DNA of 61,785 bases, counting the filler. It is 6 parts of 6 records of this genome, joined end to end, with 100 filler letters (N's around TTAATTAATTAA, not from the genome) between each part and the next. Parts side by side here need not be neighbours in the genome. Positions count along the whole stretch, not along the records: positions 37,513 to 47,926 come from DRR723986_7415; positions 48,027 to 54,855 come from DRR723986_7417; 4 more parts are not named here. One strand, given 5' to 3'. A program made the position numbers and the translations under genes. Every line of letters starts with the position of its first letter. The stretch's first letter is position 1. Under the pieces are notes generated by a model, which saw only the letters and a program-made list of their open reading frames with translations, had not been told where the DNA came from and ran no database searches. Shown here piece by piece: positions 41,599-52,873 of the stretch.

Positions 41599-41613
41599 GT
41601 TCTTGATTTGTTC
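41599..41613. promoter_or_regulatory. alphaproteobacterial LexA (SOS) box
   Basis: GTTC-TTGATTT-GTTC is an exact GTTC-N7-GTTC, 24 nt upstream of the radical SAM start. Confidence 0.75.
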
Positions 41614-41637
41614 TGTTTCGCGTGACTTTCTCAGCTC

Positions 41638-42771
41638 ATGCGGACCGGACAGAAACTCTTCCCCAAAGGCCGTGTCAGCCTGATCGACACGCAGGCAGCT
41701 GCCGAACGCGCCACCCAGCGCGGGCGCGGCGCTGTCTCCAACCAGACAGGCCGGTTCGAACGGGAGACCCGTTTCGCCTTCGACGATGGCTGGGACACGA
41801 TCGAAGAGGACGCTGCGCGGATCGAAACGCTGGTGATGCCGGAAACGGCGCGGACGGTGATTACCTTCAACCGCTCGCCCGACATTTCCTTCGACCGCAC
41901 GATCAACCCTTATCGCGGCTGCGAGCATGGCTGCATCTATTGCTTCGCCCGGCCGAGCCATGCGTTTCACGGGCTCTCCGCCGGCCTCGATTTCGAAAGC
42001 CGGCTTTTCTACAAGACCAATGCGATCCGTCAGCTGGAATGGGAGCTGTCCCGCCCCGGCTATCTCTGCCGCCCCATCGCGCTCGGCATGAATACCGATG
42101 CCTACCAGCCGATCGAGCGGATCTACAAGATGACCCGCCAGGTGCTGGAAGTGCTTTCAGCGCACAATCACCCGGTCAGTCTGCTGACAAAGTCCGCCCT
42201 GATCCAGCGCGACATCGACCTGCTCGCCCCAATGGCGGAGAAGGGCCTCGTCCGGGCGGGCGTCTCAATCACGACGCTGGACCGTGCGCTCAGCCGCAAG
42301 ATGGAGCCGCGCGCCGCGACGCCGCAGCGGCGGCTGGAAACCGTGCGCGCCCTCAGCGATGCGGGCATCCCCGTTACCGTGATGACCGCACCGATCATCC
42401 CGGCGCTGAACGATCACGAGATCGAAGCCCTGCTGGAAGTTGCCGCTGCCCATGGCGCGGGAGGGGCGGGTTATGTGCTGCTGCGCCTGCCGCACGAGAT
42501 CAAGGATCTGTTCCACGAATGGCTGGTCCAGCATGTGCCGGACCGCGCGGCGAAAGTGATCAACACGATGCGGGAGATGCGCGGCGGCAAGGATTACGAC
42601 GCTCGCTGGAACGAGCGCATGCGCGGCCGCGGCCCGGTCGGGGACCTGATCGCGAAACGCTTCGCCCGGGCAACGAAACGGCTCGGTCTCAGCAATCCCC
42701 GGCCATCGCTGCGGACAGACCTGTTTGCCCCGCCCATCCAGGCGGGCGGCCAGATGGCGCTGGACCTCTAG
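41638..42771 (+). CDS. PA0069-family (SplB-related) radical SAM protein
   Basis: RGRGA.SN..GRFE, NPYRGCEHGCIYCFARP (CxxxCxxC), TDAYQPIE, MEPRA, LLRLP. Confidence 0.9.
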   Translation: MRTGQKLFPKGRVSLIDTQAAAERATQRGRGAVSNQTGRFERETRFAFDDGWDTIEEDAARIETLVMPETARTVITFNRSPDISFDRTINPYRGCEHGCIYCFARPSHAFHGLSAGLDFESRLFYKTNAIRQLEWELSRPGYLCRPIALGMNTDAYQPIERIYKMTRQVLEVLSAHNHPVSLLTKSALIQRDIDLLAPMAEKGLVRAGVSITTLDRALSRKMEPRAATPQRRLETVRALSDAGIPVTVMTAPIIPALNDHEIEALLEVAAAHGAGGAGYVLLRLPHEIKDLFHEWLVQHVPDRAAKVINTMREMRGGKDYDARWNERMRGRGPVGDLIAKRFARATKRLGLSNPRPSLRTDLFAPPIQAGGQMALDL

Positions 42772-42774
42772 GCG

Positions 42775-43158
42775 TCAGCCGGGCGCGTCGCCCAGAGCGG
42801 CCAGCTCACCCGCGTCGAAGACTCGGCTGCGGGTCAGGAAGCGCTGCTCGCGTCCATTGTCGAGCGAGAACATGCCGCCACGCCCCGGCACGACATCCAG
42901 GATCAGCTGGGTGTGCTTCCACGCCTCGAACTGGCTGGCCGAAATGTAGACCGGCACGCCGTCGATCTCGCCCAGCTTCACGTCCCGCTCGCCAACCTTG
43001 AAGTCATCCGCCGGATAGCACATGGGGCTCGACCCATCGCAGCACCCGCCGGACTGATGGAACAGGATCTCTGGATAGTCCTGCCGGATCTCGGCGATCA
43101 GGCGCCGCGCCGCATCCGTGGCGGTCACCCGCAGTGGCAATTTGTTTTCTTCTGTCAT
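42775..43158 (-). CDS. DUF779 protein
   Basis: FHQSGGCCDGSSPMC, WKHTQL, GRGGMFSL; follows aldehyde dehydrogenase. Confidence 0.9.
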   Translation of the reverse strand: MTEENKLPLRVTATDAARRLIAEIRQDYPEILFHQSGGCCDGSSPMCYPADDFKVGERDVKLGEIDGVPVYISASQFEAWKHTQLILDVVPGRGGMFSLDNGREQRFLTRSRVFDAGELAALGDAPG

Positions 43159-43239
43159 CGGATGACCTCCGAAAGGAAGCGGACGGCCCCGGCCTAAGCT
43201 GCCACCGGGACCGCCCCCTGCCGTCACACCACGGCAGGA

Positions 43240-44763
43240 TCAGAAGAAGCCAAGCTTCTTCGGAGAATAGGACACCAGCATGTTCTTGGTCTGCTGGTAG
43301 TGGTCCAGCATCTTCGAATGGTTCTCGCGGCCGATGCCGGATTGCTTGTAGCCGCCGAAGGCCGCATGGGCCGGATAGGCATGATAGCAATTGGTCCACA
43401 CCCGGCCTGCCTGGATGCCACGGCCGAAGCGGTAGCAGGTGTTGGCCTCGCGGCTCCACACACCGGCGCCGAGGCCATATAGCGTGTCATTGGCGATGGA
43501 GAGCGCGTCGGCTTCATCCTTGAACGTCGTGACGGAAACCACCGGTCCGAAGATCTCTTCCTGGAAGACGCGCATCTTGTTGTGCCCCTTCAGGACCGTC
43601 GGCTTGATGTAATAGCCGCCGGCAAGGTCGCCGCCGAGATTGGCCGCCTCGCCACCGATCAGCACTTCGGCGCCTTCCTGGCGGCCGATGTCGAAATAGG
43701 AGAGAATTTTCTCTTTCTGCTCCGAGCTTGCCTGCGCGCCGATCATCGTGGCCGGGTCCAGCGGATTGCCCTGCTTGATCTCGCCGACGCGTTTGAGGGC
43801 ACGTTCCATGAAGCGATCATAGATGTTCTCATGGATCAGGGCGCGCGACGGACAGGTGCAGACCTCACCCTGGTTCAGCGCGAACATCACGAAGCCCTCG
43901 ATCGCCTTGTCGAGATAGTCATCGTCCGCACGCATCACATCCTCGAAGAAGATGTTCGGCGACTTGCCGCCGAGTTCCAGCGTGACCGGGATCAGGTTTT
44001 CGGAGGCATACTGCATGATCAGCCGGCCCGTCGTCGTCTCGCCGGTGAAGGCGATCTTGGCGATGCGGTTGCTGGAGGCGAGCGGCTTGCCCGCCTCCAG
44101 GCCGAAGCCGTTCACAATGTTCAGCACGCCAGGAGGGAGGATGTCGGCGATAAGCTCTGCGAACACCATGATCGTGGCCGGGGTCTGCTCGGCCGGCTTC
44201 AGCACCACGCAGTTCCCGGCCGCCAGAGCCGGGGCGAGTTTCCATGCCGCCATGAGGAGCGGGAAGTTCCACGGGATGATCTGTCCGACCACGCCGAGCG
44301 GTTCATGGAAATGGTATGCGACCGTGTCATGGTCGATTTCGGAAATGCTGCCTTCCTGCGCGCGGATGCAGCCTGCGAAATAGCGAAAGTGATCGATGGC
44401 CAGCGGAACGTCCGCGGCCATCGTCTCGCGGATCGGCTTGCCATTGTCCCAGGTTTCGCAGGTGGCGATGAGTTCGAGGTTTTCCTCCAGCACATCGGCG
44501 ATCTTGTTGAGCATGCCGGCGCGCTCAGCCACCGCAGCGCGGCCCCAGCCTTCCTTCGCGGCGTGCGCGGCGTCCAGCGCCATCTCGATGTCGCTGGCGT
44601 CGGACCGGGCGATCTGGCAGATCACCTTGCCGTTTACGGGAGACGTATTGTCGAAATAGCGACCGCCATTCGGGGCGACGAACTTGCCGCCGATGAAATT
44701 GTCATACCGTTCACGGAACGGCGCCTTCATTTCGGACGTGTCGAGAATCTGTGTGTCGGCCAT
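43240..44763 (-). CDS. aldB: aldehyde dehydrogenase (AldB/ExaC type)
   Basis: [37 protein letters not shown]; symbol tentative. Confidence 0.92.
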   Translation of the reverse strand: MADTQILDTSEMKAPFRERYDNFIGGKFVAPNGGRYFDNTSPVNGKVICQIARSDASDIEMALDAAHAAKEGWGRAAVAERAGMLNKIADVLEENLELIATCETWDNGKPIRETMAADVPLAIDHFRYFAGCIRAQEGSISEIDHDTVAYHFHEPLGVVGQIIPWNFPLLMAAWKLAPALAAGNCVVLKPAEQTPATIMVFAELIADILPPGVLNIVNGFGLEAGKPLASSNRIAKIAFTGETTTGRLIMQYASENLIPVTLELGGKSPNIFFEDVMRADDDYLDKAIEGFVMFALNQGEVCTCPSRALIHENIYDRFMERALKRVGEIKQGNPLDPATMIGAQASSEQKEKILSYFDIGRQEGAEVLIGGEAANLGGDLAGGYYIKPTVLKGHNKMRVFQEEIFGPVVSVTTFKDEADALSIANDTLYGLGAGVWSREANTCYRFGRGIQAGRVWTNCYHAYPAHAAFGGYKQSGIGRENHSKMLDHYQQTKNMLVSYSPKKLGFF

Positions 44764-44869
44764 GTCATTTCCTCCAGATCATTGGCGCTCTTCGTCGGGT
44801 GCGAAGACTGGGAGGAATGTTCTGCCTGCTGCAGGCCGCTGTCAGCCCGCGTCAATCCGGTGAAATGCG

Positions 44870-44897
44870 AAATGTGTCTCAGGAATGAGACACATTT
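44870..44897. promoter_or_regulatory. AcoR-type operator upstream of aldehyde dehydrogenase
   Basis: Perfect inverted repeat AAATGTGTCTCA-GGAA-TGAGACACATTT; no U-tract typical of a terminator. Confidence 0.7.
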
Positions 44898-44906
44898 GCC
44901 GGCAAA

Positions 44907-45881
44907 TCAGTCGCGCGAGAGGCCCAGCTGATCCATCCGGCGATAAAGCGTCGCCCGGCTGATGCCGAGGGCACGGGCGGCGGCGGCCATGTTGCCATTG
45001 GCGCGGGCGATGGCCCGGCGTAGCTCGCGGCGTTCGGCACTTTCAAGGCCAACACCGCGGGATTCGGAATCGCCAAACAGGTCGCCAGCCGGGCGCGGAT
45101 CGATCCGATTGCCATGACCGAGGCCATAGATCGCGCGAGCCGCACGGGTGGCGCCGACCACAAGGTCGTCACCGTCCACGGCCAGCAGCACCGCGCCTTT
45201 CTGCCCGTCTCCGGACCCGCGCAGGATACGCTGGCTGGAAAAGGCACTCTGGAAATGATCGGCCTCGATCTGGCGGGCCGCATCGGTCACGGTCTGCGCG
45301 ATCAGCGTCGCAAAGGGCTGGGTCAGGTCATCCCGGCAGGAGGAGACATCGAGCACGGCCGCGATGGCGCCATGCTCGTCGAAGATGGGCGCGCCCATGC
45401 AGCTCATCACCGTATTGCGGTCGTGGAAATGCTGGTCGCGATAGATGGTGACAGCGCGCTGCTCAGCGATACAGGTGCCGATGCCATTGGTGCCCTGCAC
45501 GGCTTCGGACCAGACACCGCCTTCGCAAAGACCAGCCGCCCGGAACAGCGCTCCGTCGCTGTCGGCCATGCGGTGGTCGATCACCACGCCTTCCGTGTCG
45601 GACAGGAACACGCTGCAGCCGGCCAGACCGAGGCTGGCATAGAGGCGGTCCATCACAGGCGCGGACGTCGCGAGGATCCGGCCGAGGCCGTCGCGGCGAA
45701 CGTGCAGTTCGGATTGTTCAAGACGCGCGTCCGAATTGCCTGGCGCATCGGGCTCCAGGCCGTAGGTCTTCATCGAGCGGGCCCAGGAGGCCGCAAGGCT
45801 CGACTGCGCTGCCGCGCTTCGCGACAGGGCTACAGAGCGCACCTTTTCGGCGTGCCCGACGGGCGGATCATCCCTTTTCAT
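44907..45881 (-). CDS. GAF + Fis-HTH regulator (AcoR-like, no AAA+ domain)
   Basis: SWARS, WSE...GTNGIGT, LDVSS; C-terminal GNMAAAARALGISRATLYRR; no Walker A or GAFTGA. Confidence 0.88.
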   Translation of the reverse strand: MKRDDPPVGHAEKVRSVALSRSAAAQSSLAASWARSMKTYGLEPDAPGNSDARLEQSELHVRRDGLGRILATSAPVMDRLYASLGLAGCSVFLSDTEGVVIDHRMADSDGALFRAAGLCEGGVWSEAVQGTNGIGTCIAEQRAVTIYRDQHFHDRNTVMSCMGAPIFDEHGAIAAVLDVSSCRDDLTQPFATLIAQTVTDAARQIEADHFQSAFSSQRILRGSGDGQKGAVLLAVDGDDLVVGATRAARAIYGLGHGNRIDPRPAGDLFGDSESRGVGLESAERRELRRAIARANGNMAAAARALGISRATLYRRMDQLGLSRD

Positions 45882-45954
45882 GTTGCAAAGAATATCACGG
45901 GCGCCCGGCAAACGCACCTTACCGAAAGGTTGTACGCCGGACCTGCAGCGGTTC

Positions 45955-46569
45955 TTACGGCTGGCCCTTGGGCAGGTGCCAGCCGAAGATCAGCGCCGCC
46001 CCGCGCAGGATGAACGCCACCAGCATGCCGGAGGCGAACGCCCAGCTTTCCGGAACACCCGCAAAATGCAGCACAGCATACAGCCCCGCACCCACCAGCG
46101 CCGCGGTCGCGTAGATGTCTTCCTTGAGCAGCAGCGGGTCGCGGTTGGCAACAACATCGCGCAGCACGCCGCCGCCTGTGCCGGTCAGGACTCCCATGAT
46201 CACCACGAACAGAGGGTCGTGCCCGAGGCTGGCTGTCTTGGCCGCGCCGGCGATGGCGAAAATGGCAAGGCCGACCGCATCGGCCCAGCGGATCGGCTTG
46301 AATGTATCGACCAGGCTGTGAAGGAAGAACGCGATCACGCCGCCCGCAATGGCGCACCAGATGGTCAGCGGATCACTCAGCCAGAAGACCGGCTGGTTCA
46401 GGATGATGTCGCGGATCGTTCCGCCGCCGACCGCCGTGATGATCGCCAGCACGACCGCGCCGAAAATGTCCATCTTGTTGCGCACGGCAACAATGCCGCC
46501 GGACAGGGCGAACACGAACGCGCCGATGGGGTTCACAATGGTTAGGATCAGGTCGAGATCGAATATCAT
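45955..46569 (-). CDS. trimeric intracellular cation channel family (UPF0126, YadS/YicG-like)
   Basis: FALSG, TAVGGGTIRD, DAVGL, TGTGGGVLRD repeats. Confidence 0.9.
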   Translation of the reverse strand: MIFDLDLILTIVNPIGAFVFALSGGIVAVRNKMDIFGAVVLAIITAVGGGTIRDIILNQPVFWLSDPLTIWCAIAGGVIAFFLHSLVDTFKPIRWADAVGLAIFAIAGAAKTASLGHDPLFVVIMGVLTGTGGGVLRDVVANRDPLLLKEDIYATAALVGAGLYAVLHFAGVPESWAFASGMLVAFILRGAALIFGWHLPKGQP

Positions 46570-46630
46570 CGCCCGCTTCCTAGTCCGATTTTGCCCTGAC
46601 TTCCAATCCCGGCGATCACCGCCTGAATTG

Positions 46631-47900
<1,270 letters not shown>

Positions 47901-47926
47901 GTGTGATCTTTCAATAGGTTGTCCAT

Positions 47927-48026
47927 NNNNNNNNNNNNNNNNNNNNNNNNNNNNNNNNNNNNNNNNNNNNTTAATTAATTAANNNNNNNNNNNNNNNNNN
48001 NNNNNNNNNNNNNNNNNNNNNNNNNN
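47927..48026. other. artificial contig linker
   Basis: N44-TTAATTAATTAA-N44. Confidence 0.99.
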
Positions 48027-48575
<549 letters not shown>

Positions 48576-48625
48576 TACATCGGCTTGATTTTCTTGTTTG
48601 TCGTTTAGACAGAAGCCAGAATGTT

Positions 48626-48660
48626 ATCCCACCCTGCTACGCAGGGTGGGATTTTTTTTT
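48626..48660 (+). terminator. intrinsic terminator after gap
   Basis: ATCCCACCCTGC-TAC-GCAGGGTGGGAT followed by a T-run. Confidence 0.9.
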
Positions 48661-48890
48661 GCTTGGTCTTTCAATGACAGCATTCAGTTAGCAAGAAATC
48701 CACCTGAAAAGCCGTAATTGTGGTACTGAAAGCCCTAATTACACTGTAAAAGAGTGACTTGCATTGTATACGCAAGCATGCATATTTTGCCAACAATTGC
48801 AGTAGATTGTAGTGGTAAAACACTACCTAAAATAGTACTTCGTACTTACTATAAGCACTAAACATTTTCCAACATTATGGAGCATTGACT

Positions 48891-49088
48891 ATGAATGACT
48901 TAGATCAGCTCCTTCGTCAGGTTGAAGTGGTTTCACCTGAGGAATTTACTGAGCTTGTAAGGTCTTCGCCAAACACTATCGCTGAATCCACATTTGTGCC
49001 GCCAGATTTAGAAAGTGATGGGTGGGGGCATTTTGAGATTAAGAAGACCTTCAACGTCGTACCAGGGCTGATGGAACCTCATGAGTAA
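48891..49088 (+). CDS. small acidic hypothetical protein (65 aa)
   Basis: GGAG 8 nt before ATG; SPEEF...FVPPDL...WGHFEI; stop overlaps the next start (ATGAGTAA). Confidence 0.7.
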   Translation: MNDLDQLLRQVEVVSPEEFTELVRSSPNTIAESTFVPPDLESDGWGHFEIKKTFNVVPGLMEPHE

Positions 49089-49545
49089 AGATAAAGCAGT
49101 CGAAAAAATCAAGCCTGCTCCCAGTGATTCATCCAAACTAGAAAACAACAGCAAACTAGATGAAGGCTTGGACAGGCTTTTCTCTGTGCTAGAGCAAGAC
49201 AGCAAAATTCGCCTGAAGCAAATCGAAATCGACGAAAAACGGATAAAAACCCGCGAGCGAGAAATTGCCTCACATGAAAAGATTGCCACTAATGCCATTG
49301 ACGCTAAACTCAAAGACAACGACTCTTCACGTGTGGCAAAGAAAAACTTTGTAAAGATGGTTCTCAATTATGCGATGGTAGCATTCGTGACATTGATAGC
49401 CTTGTTTGGTGCCCTGGCCTTAAACGGCAAGTCGGAACTAGTTGAGAAGATCATTACGTACTTGGCATTATTGGCAGGTGGTGGTGGAATAACGTCTATG
49501 ATTTCAAAGTTGAGAGGGAATGCTACAAAATCTTCAGAAACATGA
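49081..49545 (+). CDS. coiled-coil + two-TM membrane protein (DUF2335-like architecture)
   Basis: Charged helical N-half, then TM1-NGK-TM2 ending in LAGGGG and a basic tail. Confidence 0.75.
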   Translation: MSKDKAVEKIKPAPSDSSKLENNSKLDEGLDRLFSVLEQDSKIRLKQIEIDEKRIKTREREIASHEKIATNAIDAKLKDNDSSRVAKKNFVKMVLNYAMVAFVTLIALFGALALNGKSELVEKIITYLALLAGGGGITSMISKLRGNATKSSET

Positions 49546-49952
49546 CGAGAGTAAAGCAACCGGCATCTCAAAGCGATTCAAAATCGGGCCAATTACTCAC
49601 CATATGAAAACTCATAGGCTTCACTATTTCCAAGCCATGTTGATCGACTGAATCAAGTTTTTACCTTTTAACCTCAAAGTACTGCCGTTTCAGTTAATTG
49701 GCATGCTCCCGAAATCATCGGGCCACCTGCTATTAAACTTTCGCAAGAGATCGCTTTTGCCATGCCAATCGGCGTACACAAACATTAGCAACAATAACAG
49801 CTGGAGTTTTTCCACATTCAACCAGCGACAAGAAAAATAGCAAGCCTCAATTTTTCTAGTGCAACTCAACACTTTTCCCGAAATTTGCAGGCGCGGCTGC
49901 AAAACTTCGCCGCAAACTCCAGCACTTCATATCGAAATCCGCACAAGCCAAC

Positions 49953-51149
49953 ATGATCAGATCCATTGCTGACCTTGACGTCAAAGACAAACGAGTCCTG
50001 ATTCGCGTAGACTTTAATGTTCCAGTCGCCGACGACGGAACGATCAGCGATGACACACGTGTGCGTGCCACACTGCCCACCATCAACGCTATTCGCCAGG
50101 CCGGTGGAATTGTTGTGCTGATGTCACACATGGGCCGCCCCAAAGGCCAGCGCAAGCCTGAATTCTCACTGCGCATAGTCGCAGAACACCTGCAGACATT
50201 ACTCGGGCAGCCAGTCCAATTTGCTGAAGACTGTATCGGTGAACCAGCCCAAAACGCAATCGCTGCCGCCAAGGGTGGCGATGTTATCCTCCTCGAAAAC
50301 CTGCGCTACCACGCTGCAGAAGAAAAAAATGATCCAGACTTTGCGCGCGCCCTCGCACAGCTCGGCGATGTCTACATCAACGACGCCTTCGGCACGGCAC
50401 ATCGCGCACACGCAAGTACCGCCGGCGTCGCCGCCTTTGTACAGCACAAAGCCGCCGGCATCCTGATCGAACGCGAACTGCAGTTCCTGGGCAATGCTCT
50501 GCAAAATCCCAAAAGACCATTTACGGCCATCCTCGGCGGCGCCAAAATTTCCGGCAAAATCGACGTCATCACGGCGCTCCTCGATAAATGTGACACGATT
50601 CTGATTGGCGGAGCGATGATGTTCACATTCTATAAGGCGCAGGGTCTCGAAATTGGATCGTCAATGCTCGAAGCCGATAAAATTGACCTGGCACTACAAA
50701 CGCTCAAACTAGCCGAAGAAAAAGGCGTCAAGCTGCTCCTGCCATCCGATACTCTCGCTGCGCGCACCTTCGACAACGAGGCCGAACGCGAAACACTCGC
50801 CGTTACAAACATGCAGCCCGGATGGATGGGACTCGACGTTGGACCGCAGACAATCAAAACATTCAGCGATGTGATACAAAACTCGCAGACCGTCGTCTGG
50901 AATGGACCGATGGGAGTGTTTGAGATGAGCAACTTCGCACATGGCACACGTGGCATTGCGGAAGCTATGGCCGCAGCCACGGACGGCGGTGCTACAACAA
51001 TCGTTGGCGGTGGTGACTCCGCTGCCGCAGTCACCCAGTTCGGCCTGGACAGCAAGATGTCTCACATCTCCACCGGCGGTGGGGCTTCGCTCGAATTTCT
51101 GGAAGGCAAAAATCTACCTGGAATCACGGCTCTGGAAGAAACGAGCTGA
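49953..51149 (+). CDS. pgk: phosphoglycerate kinase
   Basis: RVDFNVP, SHMGRP, NDAFGTAHR, WNGPMG, STGGGASLE. Confidence 0.98.
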   Translation: MIRSIADLDVKDKRVLIRVDFNVPVADDGTISDDTRVRATLPTINAIRQAGGIVVLMSHMGRPKGQRKPEFSLRIVAEHLQTLLGQPVQFAEDCIGEPAQNAIAAAKGGDVILLENLRYHAAEEKNDPDFARALAQLGDVYINDAFGTAHRAHASTAGVAAFVQHKAAGILIERELQFLGNALQNPKRPFTAILGGAKISGKIDVITALLDKCDTILIGGAMMFTFYKAQGLEIGSSMLEADKIDLALQTLKLAEEKGVKLLLPSDTLAARTFDNEAERETLAVTNMQPGWMGLDVGPQTIKTFSDVIQNSQTVVWNGPMGVFEMSNFAHGTRGIAEAMAAATDGGATTIVGGGDSAAAVTQFGLDSKMSHISTGGGASLEFLEGKNLPGITALEETS

Positions 51150-51236
51150 ACTGGTCCGCCGCGCGCGGCAATCCATCGCCATTTTGGACGTCCAGCCCTA
51201 ATACGGCCGCCGCATGTGCAGTGGCCCATCTGAGGT

Positions 51237-52187
51237 ATGCAGATCATGCAACAAAACAGTTTCGGCTTCCGCACACCGCGGTTGATGAATGGAATTAAGT
51301 GGCTTCTGATAATAAATGTCGTGGTCTTTTTTATACACCACGTAATTCTGGGTGCAATCACGCTCGAAAGCGGTGCGAACCTGGGAGAGCTATTCGCTGA
51401 GTGGTTTGCCCTTTTCCCGATGCATGCCGACCAATTCCGGGTGTGGCAGTTACTGACGTTTCAGTTCCTGCATACCGGCCCTCTACACATCTTCTTTAAC
51501 CTCCTGGTTATCTGGATGATTGGCACGGCGCTTGAACAGCGCTGGGGAACCCGATACTTCCTCGTCTACTACCTCTTATGCGGCCTGGGTGCCGGTCTTG
51601 GACAGATCACCATATCATCGCTGGCTGGTGAGATATCCCAAACCCTTGGTGCCAGCGGCGGCGTCTTTGGAATCATCGTGGGGTTTGGCCTGACCTTCCC
51701 TAATGAGCGCCTTCTGATTTTCCCATTTTTTGTTCCTGTACGCGCCATCGTATTAATGTGGGTGCTGATTGGCATGGAACTCTTACTGGGACTCTTAACC
51801 AGTGGTGGCGGCGTTTCACACTTCGGCCACCTGGGTGGTGCCGCCATGGGATACTTCCTTATGCGCCAGGGTGCGCGTTTTGGCGTATTTCGCTTCTTTG
51901 ATTCTGCAATAGATACTGTTCGCGACATGTTCACTGGCGGCAAGTCCCGGCCCAAAGCGCCAAGGCAGCAAAGCGGCAGCGGACAGGTCTTCTCGATTAA
52001 TGAGGCGCCGCCCAAAGAGGCAACGCCCAGCTGGTTCCGCACTCAGGCGCGACGTGCCGAGCCCGAAAACACCGAGATCACAGCCGAAGAGATCGACGCG
52101 ATTCTCGAAAAAATTCATGCCGAAGGCAAAGACAATCTCAGCCCCCGCGAACGCCGTATTCTGGAGGAATACAGCAAAAAGTTGTAA
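51237..52187 (+). CDS. rhomboid family intramembrane serine protease with C-terminal helical (DUF6576-like) tail
   Basis: FLH...HIFFN, GASG, HFGHLGG; tail EIDAILEKI...LSPRERRIL. Confidence 0.92.
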   Translation: MQIMQQNSFGFRTPRLMNGIKWLLIINVVVFFIHHVILGAITLESGANLGELFAEWFALFPMHADQFRVWQLLTFQFLHTGPLHIFFNLLVIWMIGTALEQRWGTRYFLVYYLLCGLGAGLGQITISSLAGEISQTLGASGGVFGIIVGFGLTFPNERLLIFPFFVPVRAIVLMWVLIGMELLLGLLTSGGGVSHFGHLGGAAMGYFLMRQGARFGVFRFFDSAIDTVRDMFTGGKSRPKAPRQQSGSGQVFSINEAPPKEATPSWFRTQARRAEPENTEITAEEIDAILEKIHAEGKDNLSPRERRILEEYSKKL

Positions 52188-52223
52188 GTCTTCAAACTAT
52201 TTGTCATTTTTTTTCTGTGAGAG

Positions 52224-52251
52224 TGTAACCATTCTTTGCATTGCCCTGTCT
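52224..52251 (+). promoter_or_regulatory. putative ECF autoregulatory promoter
   Basis: TGTAAC-N17-TGTCT, resembling the ECF AAC...(C/T)GT pattern, about 50 nt upstream of the sigma gene. Confidence 0.5.
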
Positions 52252-52300
52252 CCTTCAGCAACACACCCGCACAGCGGCAATTAATGACGCAAACTTTACG

Positions 52301-52873
52301 ATGCTCATGAAAGCACGAACACATAGCGACACAGACCTAAGCAAGACCGTGGATGGTTTCCGTAAAGGAAGCGCTGAAGCATTCCAGGTTTTGTACAAGC
52401 GCTACCAAAACCGCGTGTATCGCTTTTGTGTTCGAATGATGAGTAGCGAAGTAGCCGGCAAAGATGCTTTTCAGGAAACTTTCATGCGCATGTACGAACA
52501 TCGCGCTGATTTTAGGGGCACAAACTTTCCTGCCTGGCTCTTTACAATTGCCCGCAATGTATGTCTCAACCTCTTGCGTAAACAGAAAGCATTCGATTCA
52601 TTCGAAGAAGATATTCACGGCAAATTGCTGTCAACTAATCGCGTTGACAATAGTGACGTCCTCCTGCGTAACAGCATCGATGACGCCATCAAACAATTGC
52701 CGTTAAAGTTACGAGAGGCGCTCATTCTCCGCGAATACGAAGAATACTCCTATAAGGAAATCGCGGAAATAACCGGCATTGAGTTATCTCTGGCGAAGGT
52801 GCGAGTCCATCGAGCACGATTGATTCTTCGCAAGATTCTCAGCCCCATTGTCCAAGAGCGTTATGAAATCTGA
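52301..52873 (+). CDS. ECF RNA polymerase sigma factor
   Basis: AF..LY.RY, DAFQETF, FPAWLFTIARN, SYKEIAEITG, KVRVHRAR. Confidence 0.95.
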   Translation: MLMKARTHSDTDLSKTVDGFRKGSAEAFQVLYKRYQNRVYRFCVRMMSSEVAGKDAFQETFMRMYEHRADFRGTNFPAWLFTIARNVCLNLLRKQKAFDSFEEDIHGKLLSTNRVDNSDVLLRNSIDDAIKQLPLKLREALILREYEEYSYKEIAEITGIELSLAKVRVHRARLILRKILSPIVQERYEI

